Source: Patescibacteria group bacterium
GTDB taxonomy: Bacteria; Patescibacteriota; Patescibacteriia; JBAZBY01
Length of the DNA: 64,000 bases
Direction of reading: 5' to 3'
Assembly: GCA_041671225.1 (NCBI GenBank)
Contig: JBAZBY010000001.1
Span: 302,940 to 366,939, forward strand
In this document: positions 1 through 8,464 of the stretch, in pieces
How the letters are laid out: the number at the start of each line of letters is the position of its first letter
How positions within the stretch are numbered: the stretch's first letter is position 1
The notes under the pieces: model-generated
Seen by the model: only the letters and a program-made list of their open reading frames with translations
Databases searched by the model: none
What the model was told of the DNA's origin: nothing
Program-made: the position numbers and the translations under genes

Positions 1-1707
1 ACGCGCAATCCCGGCTCCTCTTTTAAGCCGTTTGTCTATGCAGCAGCATTTGCGCGCGGCTATACGCCAGAAACCACACTTTTTGATCTTGTCACAAACT
101 TCGGTGCCGATGGCTCTGGTAAGATATACGAACCAAAAAACTATGACCTTTCAGAGCATGGTCCGATTTCTATGCGTCAGGCACTTGCGGGTTCATTGAA
201 CATCCCAGCTGTAAAGGCGCTCTATCTTGCAGGGATTCCAAACACGCTCGATCTCGCGGAGCGCGCGGGCTACACAACGCTCGGTGATCGTGATAATTAT
301 GGGCTCGCATTGGCACTCGGTGGGGGAGGGGTTCAGCTCCTTGAGCATGTATCCGCATTTTCTTCTTTTATCAATGATGGAGGTCGCCAGCCGGTACAAA
401 CCATTCTCAAAATAGAAGACCCGAAAGGGAAGATCCTTAAAGAATACACAGAACAAGAGAATATCGAGGTGATGAGTAAAGAGGTCGCACACACGGTTGC
501 CTCAATTTTATCGGACAATAATGCACGCGCGTTTATCTTTGGGGGAAGCAATCATCTCACCCTGGGTGGTCGCCCGGTTGGCGCAAAAACAGGCACCACA
601 AATGACTTCCGTGATGCGTGGACCATCGGCTTTACCCCGTCTCTTGCTGCCGGTGTATGGGTCGGCAACAATGATAATTCAGAGATGGGACGCGGCGCTG
701 ACGGATCCATTGTGGCTGCGCCCATCTGGAACAGCTTTATGCGCACCGCGCTCGAGGGAACGGATTTTGAATCATTCCCTTCTCCGCCGCGCACCCCGGA
801 TAATCTGAAGCCGATCCTCTCGGGGAGTATTTCTGGCGCAGAGCCGGTAAAAGTGGACACAGTGACAAAAAAACGCATACCGGAAGCATGCCTGAATGAT
901 TGGCCAGAGAATTTTGTTTCCACCATTGAAGTGAGCGAGGCACACACCATCCTTTACTACGTTAATAAAGAGGATCCCCGTGGTGATCCACCGAGCGATC
1001 CCGCAAAAGACCCACAATACAATAGGTGGGAAGAACCAGTGCGCGCATGGGCGGAAAAGAACGGTTATGTGGCCACTCTCCCAGACGAGGAATCCTGCGA
1101 CCTGCGCTCAAGCGATGCAGTGCCACAAATCGACATCACCTCACCAAAGAAAAATACCACTCTTGAACCAGGTGATATTGATGTGAATGCCACTATCTCA
1201 ACACAACACGGAATCAAATCCGTATCACTCTATCTTGATGATGTTGTTGTAGATGAACAAAAGCCAAAAATACAAAAAGATTCTACCCTCAAGGTCGTCT
1301 TATCATTTGATGCATCAAAAACACCTTCCGGATTCCACACGCTTCGTGTTGAGGGAAATGACATTTATGATAATGTGGCGTCCTCAAGCGTTTTAATAAA
1401 TATTCTTGACGCAAGCGGCGTCGCACTCTACTTTACCTCACCACAAAATGACATCACTGTTGATGCCGCTGACTTTCCATTTTCTGTTAGTGGATTTGCT
1501 TCTGCACCTAACACAATTGAAAAAGTTGAACTCCTCTACCGCGTGGCGGGTAAGGACACCATCCTCGCAACCGCTCTCGCACCAAAGAAAAACGACCTTA
1601 CGTTGGTTTGGAAAACAAAGCCCACGTCTGATGGGGACCTCTTTTTGAAAATCACAACAAAAGAAGGAGTATCACTCTCCGACTTCATCACTGTCACGGT
1701 CAAGTGA
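1..1707 (+). CDS. Class A penicillin-binding protein (PBP1A-like), 5'-truncated, with C-terminal Ig-like domains
   Basis: Frame 1 is open from base 1. It reads RNPGSSFKPFVY (SxxK), SLNIPAVK (SxN) and KTGTT, followed by a beta-rich C-terminal extension (IDITSP..., GFHTLRVEGND). Confidence 0.9.
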   Translation, partial: TRNPGSSFKPFVYAAAFARGYTPETTLFDLVTNFGADGSGKIYEPKNYDLSEHGPISMRQALAGSLNIPAVKALYLAGIPNTLDLAERAGYTTLGDRDNYGLALALGGGGVQLLEHVSAFSSFINDGGRQPVQTILKIEDPKGKILKEYTEQENIEVMSKEVAHTVASILSDNNARAFIFGGSNHLTLGGRPVGAKTGTTNDFRDAWTIGFTPSLAAGVWVGNNDNSEMGRGADGSIVAAPIWNSFMRTALEGTDFESFPSPPRTPDNLKPILSGSISGAEPVKVDTVTKKRIPEACLNDWPENFVSTIEVSEAHTILYYVNKEDPRGDPPSDPAKDPQYNRWEEPVRAWAEKNGYVATLPDEESCDLRSSDAVPQIDITSPKKNTTLEPGDIDVNATISTQHGIKSVSLYLDDVVVDEQKPKIQKDSTLKVVLSFDASKTPSGFHTLRVEGNDIYDNVASSSVLINILDASGVALYFTSPQNDITVDAADFPFSVSGFASAPNTIEKVELLYRVAGKDTILATALAPKKNDLTLVWKTKPTSDGDLFLKITTKEGVSLSDFITVTVK

Positions 1708-2001
1708 TCCGAGACGATAGCTAAATCGGCGAATGTCTTCTTTTGGGTGTTTTTCTTGTACTTTTTTTAGAATCAAATCCGCATACAGGCGAAACTCCTG
1801 CGCTGCAGCCTGATTTTTTGTACACATAAAAATAACCCCGTGCTTATAACTTATGGGGCGCACGTTCTGTATAATGATCTTTGGAGTGTTTGTTGAAATC
1901 ACCTCCGCGCAGCTTTCGAGGATCATATTTGCAATATAATGATCATCAAGCCCATGTCGCTGTAATGATCTCCCAATGAGGTCCTTGAGGTCTTCGAGCA
2001 T
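1672..2001 (-). CDS. DUF721/DciA-like protein (putative replicative helicase loader)
   Basis: A 109-aa ORF starting at ATG 2001, directly after dnaN. The pattern 'RPISYKHGVIFMCTKNQAAAQEFRLYADLILKKV' is typical of DUF721. Confidence 0.7.
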   Translation of the reverse strand: MLEDLKDLIGRSLQRHGLDDHYIANMILESCAEVISTNTPKIIIQNVRPISYKHGVIFMCTKNQAAAQEFRLYADLILKKVQEKHPKEDIRRFSYRLGSLDRDSDEVGE

Positions 2002-2002
2002 G

Positions 2003-3106
2003 CTACTGGCGAATTGGCATGACAAGATACCGATAATCCCCTTTGTCTGATTCCGTAAAAAGCCCCGGATTCTTTTGGTCGTTTGCAAGAAGGGTTATTG
2101 TGTCACTCTGAAAATTTGTTAAACCGTCAAGAAGGTAACGGTAATTAAAAACTAACTCAACGCCCCGCCCTGTCATTTCGCTTTCGATTTCTCCCGACTG
2201 TTCACCTACTTGTGTGTTTGCCGCGCGGAATAAGATTTTCTTGCTTTCTGGATTCAATTCAATCGTGAGGTCATTGATTCCTGGTTTAACAAAAAGACTT
2301 GCTGCCTTCACATTGTTTAAAAACTCCTGCCTTCCAAATGTTGCTGTTGTGGTACTTTCTTGCGGAATAATCTGCTGGTAGTCTGGGTATTGTCCTTCGA
2401 TAACGCGACTAACAAGCTCAAGGTCGTCCACAACAATACCAAACTGATTTTCCTCAAGAAATATTTCAACCATCTCGCTTGTGTCGCCAAGAATCCGCAA
2501 TATCTCTGAGAGTGTTTTTACGGGTAATATTGTTTTGTGTACGACATCCTTCCCTTCATCCAAAACCACGCGCCGCTCTGCGAGCCTATAGCTATCCGTT
2601 GCGGCTACAGTGAGAATGCCATTTTCAAAAACAAAATATATGCCAGATATCTCTGGGCGAGATTCATCGTTTGCAGCCGCAAAGATCGTTTGTTGTAATG
2701 CTTCCCGAAGCACCCCGGCTTTTATAGCAACCCGTTTTTCTTTGTTAATATTTGGAATAACTGGGAATTCATCGGCGGGAATACCCTTGATGATGCTTTC
2801 GTGTTTTCCTGCAGCAATATGCAGTGCGCCGTCTACAACCTCAATATCAACCTGTTCTTTGGGAAGTAAATTAATAAATTCCAAAAAGACACGCCCTTGG
2901 ATGGTGTATGTTCCTTCGCGTTCAACCTTTGCTCTGATTTTTTTTGTTATACCAACTTCGAGGTTTGTCGATGCGAGCGTTACAGATCCTTGTTCTGCGC
3001 GGAGAAGAATATTACTCAGAATTGGCAACGATAAATTTTTCCCCGTGAGGTGTCCCACGGCGTTTACCCCCCGAACAAGATTTTCCTGCGTACATGATAA
3101 CTTCAT
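2003..3106 (-). CDS. dnaN: DNA polymerase III beta sliding clamp
   Basis: 367 aa; LPILSNILL, ATDSYRLA, EGQYPDY and C-terminal YLVMPIR; lies downstream of dnaA. Confidence 0.98.
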   Translation of the reverse strand: MKLSCTQENLVRGVNAVGHLTGKNLSLPILSNILLRAEQGSVTLASTNLEVGITKKIRAKVEREGTYTIQGRVFLEFINLLPKEQVDIEVVDGALHIAAGKHESIIKGIPADEFPVIPNINKEKRVAIKAGVLREALQQTIFAAANDESRPEISGIYFVFENGILTVAATDSYRLAERRVVLDEGKDVVHKTILPVKTLSEILRILGDTSEMVEIFLEENQFGIVVDDLELVSRVIEGQYPDYQQIIPQESTTTATFGRQEFLNNVKAASLFVKPGINDLTIELNPESKKILFRAANTQVGEQSGEIESEMTGRGVELVFNYRYLLDGLTNFQSDTITLLANDQKNPGLFTESDKGDYRYLVMPIRQ

Positions 3107-3370
3107 AAGGATATATATACTAATAGTGATAATAGAGGGAAGAAAATCTGTGGGTAAACATTTTCTCTTCTTTGTTTTCAGTACTTTTTCAGTGTTTGTG
3201 GTGTGGAGATCTTCATGAGAACTCTGTTCTTATTTGGCGTATAACCAGACGGATATCCCCATTTTCTGCCGCACTCTTTTTTGTGCACTTTTTATGAAGA
3301 GTTTATACACGACCTTCCTAACATACTTATACTCACCAAAGCCACATACTTACACACACAACATACACAC
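3107..3370. other. oriC (dnaA-dnaN intergenic) with DnaA box, DnaA-trio-like repeats and AT-rich element
   Basis: In gene orientation: TTACCCACA (3149-3157), then CTA TTA TCA CTA TTA (3121-3135), then GTATATATAT directly before the dnaN ATG. Further degenerate boxes occur, e.g. TTATACACG near 3303. Confidence 0.75.
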
Positions 3371-4729
3371 CTATGCGTAGAGCCGTTGCAGAATAAGTTC
3401 TACATCGCTGCGAATTTTTTCGTCGGAATTAAGAGCGTTGGTTATTTTTGAATATGCGTGCATGGCCGTTGTGTGGTCGCGACCACCAAGTTCTTGTCCA
3501 ATAGCAGGGAATGAACTCTTTAATTCTTCTCGCAGTATATACATACCAATCTGTCTTGGCACCACAAGACCCTTTTTTCTGCTTTGCCCAATAAGGTCTT
3601 CACGAGCAACATCAAAAAAACTACATATTTCCTGAATGATCTGTTTTGGCGTGAGTGAACGACGCCTTGAACCATGGATAGTTCCCTCGAGAATTTGTTT
3701 TGTTCCCTCAAGAGAGGGTTCCGCGTTATGAATCTGATGATGAGCAACGACGCGGTTTAATGCACCTTCAAGTTCGCGTATATTGGATTGAATGTTTTCT
3801 CCTATGTAAGAAATAACTTCATCAGGAAGCAGTAAACCGCGCTCCTTTACCTTAGAACGGAGAATAGCAATACGCGTTTCAAGATCTGGGAGTGAAATAT
3901 CCGCAATCATTCCCCACTCAAAGCGCGAAAGGAGGCGATGTTCCAAGGAAGTAATGGATTTTGGTGGACGGTCAGAGCTTATAACGATCTGTTTGTTTTC
4001 TTGGTGGAGCGCATTAAATGTGTGGAAGAATTCTTCTTGCGTGCGTTCGCGTCCAGAAAGGAATTGGATATCATCAATCAGTAAAACATCGGCTGTTCGA
4101 TAGAGGGCTTTGAATTTTTCACCCCTTCCACTTGAAATTCCCTGAATAAAGTCATTTGTGAATTTTTCACTCGTAACATACACCACCTTTGCCCCAGGAC
4201 GCATTTCGAGAACCCTATTTCCAATGGCTTGCATAAGGTGAGTCTTTCCAAGACCCGTTCCTCCATAAAGGAAAAGGGGGTTGTAGGCCATACCGGGCTT
4301 TTCTGCCGCTGCCTGCGCCGCTGCCTGCGCTAATTCATTACCTTTTCCAACAACATATGCATCAAATGTGTATTGTGCATTAAGGCCGGTGTATTTACGG
4401 GCGGCATCTGAACCACTCTCCGTTGCTGCGTCTACAGCCTTAACAACAATATCACCAGCAGGACGTGCCTGTTGTTTTATATTTTGTAATACCTGATAAC
4501 GGATTTCTTGAACAGATCCATTAGAAATACGATCCAGCACTTTCTGGATTGAAGGATGGTATTTATTCTCCAACCACGTTTTTGTGAATGTGTTTGGAAC
4601 ACCTACGGTGATACGTCCTTCCTCAAAGGCCGTAATCGCTGTATTTTTGAACCATGTGGTGAAATTTGCCTTAGAAATGGTGAGTTCAAGCTCCCCCAAG
4701 GCGGCTTCCCACAACTGGTCATTAGTCAT
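3371..4729 (-). CDS. dnaA: Chromosomal replication initiator DnaA
   Basis: YNPLFLYGGTGLGKTHL, LLIDDIQF, QEEFFHTFN, SNIRELEGAL, GGRDHTT. Confidence 0.99.
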   Translation of the reverse strand: MTNDQLWEAALGELELTISKANFTTWFKNTAITAFEEGRITVGVPNTFTKTWLENKYHPSIQKVLDRISNGSVQEIRYQVLQNIKQQARPAGDIVVKAVDAATESGSDAARKYTGLNAQYTFDAYVVGKGNELAQAAAQAAAEKPGMAYNPLFLYGGTGLGKTHLMQAIGNRVLEMRPGAKVVYVTSEKFTNDFIQGISSGRGEKFKALYRTADVLLIDDIQFLSGRERTQEEFFHTFNALHQENKQIVISSDRPPKSITSLEHRLLSRFEWGMIADISLPDLETRIAILRSKVKERGLLLPDEVISYIGENIQSNIRELEGALNRVVAHHQIHNAEPSLEGTKQILEGTIHGSRRRSLTPKQIIQEICSFFDVAREDLIGQSRKKGLVVPRQIGMYILREELKSSFPAIGQELGGRDHTTAMHAYSKITNALNSDEKIRSDVELILQRLYA

Positions 4730-4818
4730 AGTTTAGCCAAAAACTAAGCTCTTTTCCTTTCCGCTAAAGGACTATAGCACAAACAAAACCCTTTAAAAAT
4801 AGGCACAAAAACAAATTT

Positions 4819-4858
4819 TGTGGAGAGCCTGGGGATTACATGGGGATAAGGGGGATAA
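4819..4858. promoter_or_regulatory. Cluster of DnaA-box-like 9-mers between the divergent dnaA and rpmH promoters
   Basis: TGTGGAGAG (4819), TGGGGATTA (4830), TGGGGATAA (4841) and GGGGGATAA (4850), all in the same orientation and resembling TGTGGATAA. Confidence 0.65.
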
Positions 4859-4928
4859 GTTATTACGCGTCCATTGACCCCGGTTCCGCTCTTCTGTTAG
4901 ACTTCCGAAGCATCAGCGACCCATTTCC

Positions 4929-5066
4929 ATGCCAAAACGAACGTACCAACCAAAAAAGCGACGCCGTGCTCGACGCCATGGCTATCTGAAGCGATCACGC
5001 ACGACCGCAGGAAAGCGCGTGCTTGCAAGTCGCCGACGGAAGAAACGCGCACGCGTTTCAGTTTAG
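4929..5066 (+). CDS. rpmH: 50S ribosomal protein L34
   Basis: Manually translated as [45 protein letters not shown] (too short for the ORF track); canonical position. Confidence 0.97.
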   Translation: MPKRTYQPKKRRRARRHGYLKRSRTTAGKRVLASRRRKKRARVSV

Positions 5067-5069
5067 CCT

Positions 5070-5411
5070 ATGCTTCCGCGCGCTCAGCGCATAACACAGC
5101 CAGGGGAGTTTCGACAACTCTACCGTTCTGGGAAGCGCGCAGGTTCATCATTGGTGACGATATATTTTCTCAAAGGTGAGAAAAAAACTCGCGCGGGGTT
5201 CGTTGTGAGCACAAAGGTGGCAAAGCAAAGCGTACACCGTAACCGCATGAAAAGGGTATTACGTGAGACATTTCGGGATGCAATAAAAGAAATGCCCACA
5301 GGTGATTATGCTATTGTTGTGAAGCCACGCGCACATGGACAAACAAGCAGTGTACTGCGCGAAGATTTTATTCGCATTCTCCAATCCATACAGAAAAGAT
5401 TTTCTTCATGA
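5070..5411 (+). CDS. rnpA: Ribonuclease P protein component
   Basis: RAGFVVSTKVAKQSVHRNRMKRVLRE (RNR motif); synteny. Confidence 0.95.
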   Translation: MLPRAQRITQPGEFRQLYRSGKRAGSSLVTIYFLKGEKKTRAGFVVSTKVAKQSVHRNRMKRVLRETFRDAIKEMPTGDYAIVVKPRAHGQTSSVLREDFIRILQSIQKRFSS

Positions 5412-5659
5412 AACGCACTCTCATTTTTCTCATCACGCTGTATCAACACACATTGTCGCCGGACCATGGTTTTGGTCGTGTGCTCGCGCCATATGCTGGG
5501 TGCCGTTTTCAGCCGACATGTTCGATGTATGCAAAAGATGCCATAAACCATTATGGTGTTTGGCAAGGGATACTATTAAGCATTAAACGTATCGGTCGCT
5601 GCCACCCGTTCACTCGTGGTGGGTATGACCCCATTCCAAAGGAAGCACACCATGGTTGA
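5408..5659 (+). CDS. yidD: Membrane protein insertion efficiency factor YidD
   Basis: LYQHTLSP, CRFQPTCSMY, RIGRCHPF..GGYDP. Confidence 0.95.
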   Translation: MKRTLIFLITLYQHTLSPDHGFGRVLAPYAGCRFQPTCSMYAKDAINHYGVWQGILLSIKRIGRCHPFTRGGYDPIPKEAHHG

Positions 5660-6458
5660 ACTTTTTAATACGATTATTTATGAGCCGCTCTTTAATGCAT
5701 TGATTTGGCTCTATAACACTCTTCCTTTTCAGGATTTGGGTGTTGCGATAATTCTTTTAACGATAGCAATTAAACTTCTACTCTACCGGCCAACATATTC
5801 TTCCATTAAGGCGCAACGTGAACTGCAGGAAATTCAACCTAAACTTGATGCGCTTCGCGCAAAGTATAAAAACGAAAAAGAAAAACTTTCCCAAGAGCTC
5901 ATTAAGTTCTACAAACACAACAAAGTAAACCCTTTTTCTTCTTGTCTTCCATTACTTATTCAACTACCCATACTTTTTGCGCTTTATAGGGTATTTTTTG
6001 CGGGGATTCAATCAGATTCGGGAACGGGATTATTGGTGCAAGAACAAATTGACCACCTCTATCCTTCACTGCGGGCAATCTATGAAAGCACACCGATTCA
6101 CGCAACCTTTTTTGGGCTCATTGACCTTGCAAAGAACCATAATATTATCCTTGCGCTTCTCGCGGGGGGCTTTCAGTTCTTGCAATCTCGCATGCTTATT
6201 GCAAAAAGGCCGCCAAATATTGAAGGCGCAAAAGATGAGAACATGGCCGCACAGGTTAGTCGCTCCACCGCATATCTTTTTCCAGTGATCACTGTTTTCT
6301 TTGGGTATAATTTTCCTGCGGGGTTGGCGCTGTATTGGGTTGTGAGTACAATGTTTACCGTTGGGCAACAATACCTTATTTTCAAACAGCTCGACAAAAA
6401 GAAGAACGAAGAGCCCAAAGACCCTAATACTCCCATTGACGTTGAGGCCAAAGCATAA
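5652..6458 (+). CDS. yidC: YidC/Oxa1 membrane protein insertase (short, monoderm type)
   Basis: GVAIILLTIAIK, IQPKL, NPFSSCLPLLIQLPIL, PAGLALYW; no periplasmic domain. Confidence 0.95.
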   Translation: MVELFNTIIYEPLFNALIWLYNTLPFQDLGVAIILLTIAIKLLLYRPTYSSIKAQRELQEIQPKLDALRAKYKNEKEKLSQELIKFYKHNKVNPFSSCLPLLIQLPILFALYRVFFAGIQSDSGTGLLVQEQIDHLYPSLRAIYESTPIHATFFGLIDLAKNHNIILALLAGGFQFLQSRMLIAKRPPNIEGAKDENMAAQVSRSTAYLFPVITVFFGYNFPAGLALYWVVSTMFTVGQQYLIFKQLDKKKNEEPKDPNTPIDVEAKA

Positions 6459-6463
6459 GACGT

Positions 6464-6751
6464 ATGGCGGTCATCGACAAAAAACATCTTTTTTCACTGC
6501 CGGTAGAAACCGTTTCAGGAACACAACTTGGGAAGATCGTTGATATTGAGATCGATGTTGATACGCATGTTGTTCGCTGCTATTGTATTCGACGGCATGG
6601 TTTATCAAATCCACTCGCAGGAAGGACTAATACACTTCAAATACACCCACGCCAAGTACAAGCACTCACCGCTGAAAAGATGGTGGTAGATGATGCATCA
6701 ATCCCCGTTGGGAGCAGCGTGGCCACCGAGGCTCCATCCGCAAGCGCCTAG
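6464..6751 (+). CDS. PRC-barrel domain protein
   Basis: LFSLPVETVSGTQLGKIVDIEID pattern. Confidence 0.8.
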   Translation: MAVIDKKHLFSLPVETVSGTQLGKIVDIEIDVDTHVVRCYCIRRHGLSNPLAGRTNTLQIHPRQVQALTAEKMVVDDASIPVGSSVATEAPSASA

Positions 6752-6752
6752 A

Positions 6753-7214
6753 TTATTTCTTGAGCAACGTCAGCATACGCTGACGTTGTTTTGCAAATAC
6801 CCAGAAGCGGAGATTCTCCTTCCCCCTATCAATGAGAATGTATTCAATGTTTTTTGGAGTGATACCCGCTACCCGCTCTGGCCACTCTATGATTGTCGCA
6901 GTATCTGGTCGACCCCAGGTATCAATAACATCAGTTGCGAGCAACTCCTCTGGTTTTTCTAGACGGTATGCGTCTATATGCACCACAGAACGAATGCGTT
7001 TGTGTTTTGTTGTGTATGATTTTGCGAGCGTAAATGTTGGACTCGTTACAGGTGATTGCACGCCAAGCGCATGAAGCAAACCCCGCACAAACACGGTTTT
7101 TCCGGCACCCAGCGCGCCCTGTAATCCAATAACCTCACCTCCCTGCAATGTGCGCGACATGCGAGCTCCAAGAATCTCCGTTTCTTCGGGGGAATGGGTT
7201 GTGATGTGTGACAT
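6753..7214 (-). CDS. tsaE: tRNA threonylcarbamoyladenosine biosynthesis ATPase TsaE
   Basis: LQGALGAGKT, VTSPTFTL, HIDAYRL, IIEWPE. Confidence 0.95.
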   Translation of the reverse strand: MSHITTHSPEETEILGARMSRTLQGGEVIGLQGALGAGKTVFVRGLLHALGVQSPVTSPTFTLAKSYTTKHKRIRSVVHIDAYRLEKPEELLATDVIDTWGRPDTATIIEWPERVAGITPKNIEYILIDRGKENLRFWVFAKQRQRMLTLLKK

Positions 7215-7270
7215 AGGGAGAAAAGCGTTGACAGGGTACCCCTGCTTGGATATACTAGCGCATTACCTTT

Positions 7271-8422
7271 ATGAACGAAAAGGAGTATACAAACGCAATA
7301 CGAGAACTGGAGCAGAGCGACCGCATCGGTATCATTCTCCCAGAGAGTCCCAGTACAGACGCCATCGGTGCTGGAATAGGACTCTATCTTTTTTTGGAAA
7401 AGCGCGGCAAGCGCCCGCGTGTTATTGCACCCAAATTTGAACTGCCAAAGAATCACGCTTTTCTTCCGAGGGCGGATGTTATTTCTTCACACCTTGGCGG
7501 TGCAGAGGAATATCTTATCCAACTTGATGTAAGTAAAACGCAAGTTGATACATTATCGTATGATGTTGAGGGGAATAAGCTCAATATACGCATTAAACCA
7601 AAGAGTGGTAGTTTTCGCGAGCAGGATGTTCAGCACAAAGGATCTCAGTATAGTTTTGACACCATCATTACCTTAGATGCGGCAAACCTTGAATCATTGG
7701 GGAGTATCTTTGAGGAACACCCCAGCCTTTTTTATGGAACGCCACTTATTGTGTTTGGGCATGATCCAGAGAATGAACATTTTGGCCAGATAAATCTTGT
7801 GGATATTTCGGCAACAAGTATTTCAGAGATTGTTTATGAGCTTATCAATCGCTGGGAAGAAAAATTACTCGACGAGCACATCGCCACCAACCTTCTTACT
7901 GGCATTATTACGAAAACAAAGATTTTTCGTTCCTCGCAAGTGACCCCTCGCTCGCTTGCCATTGCATCATTACTTGTTGAGCAGGGGGCACGACGCGCAG
8001 ATATTGTAAAACATCTTTATCAGACAAAAACGATCCCCATGTTGAAGCTTTGGGGACGAGCACTTGCGCGCCTCCAAGAAGATTCACGGGGCTGGTTTGT
8101 TTGGACGGTGCTTACAAAAGGAGATTTTGAAAAGACCGGTGCAAAAGAGGAGGATATTTCCGGAGTGATTGATGAGCTTATTGTGAACACGCCAAAAGCA
8201 AAAGTGGTCGCCATTGTGTATGAATCAACAAGCGGAGTACAGGGTATTATTGCCAGCCACAAACAGATTAATAATACCGAACTTCTCGCACCTTTTGACC
8301 CCAAAGGTACGGGGGGTTTCACTCACGTGCGCTTTTTAGTAAAAGACGTTCGCGAGGCGGAAAAAACACTGCGCGAGCGGGTTACCACAGAACTTCAGCA
8401 ACTTTTTAGCAGCGGGGAATAA
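7271..8422 (+). CDS. DHH/NrnA-family phosphoesterase homologue with degenerate catalytic motifs
   Basis: Overall DHH layout (PSTDAIGA, TLDAA, FGQINLVD, IATNLLTGI), but the DHH motif reads GHD. Confidence 0.75.
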   Translation: MNEKEYTNAIRELEQSDRIGIILPESPSTDAIGAGIGLYLFLEKRGKRPRVIAPKFELPKNHAFLPRADVISSHLGGAEEYLIQLDVSKTQVDTLSYDVEGNKLNIRIKPKSGSFREQDVQHKGSQYSFDTIITLDAANLESLGSIFEEHPSLFYGTPLIVFGHDPENEHFGQINLVDISATSISEIVYELINRWEEKLLDEHIATNLLTGIITKTKIFRSSQVTPRSLAIASLLVEQGARRADIVKHLYQTKTIPMLKLWGRALARLQEDSRGWFVWTVLTKGDFEKTGAKEEDISGVIDELIVNTPKAKVVAIVYESTSGVQGIIASHKQINNTELLAPFDPKGTGGFTHVRFLVKDVREAEKTLRERVTTELQQLFSSGE

Positions 8423-8464
8423 ATTATATATAAGAGGGGCGCGGTATGGTATACTGCACGCGTT

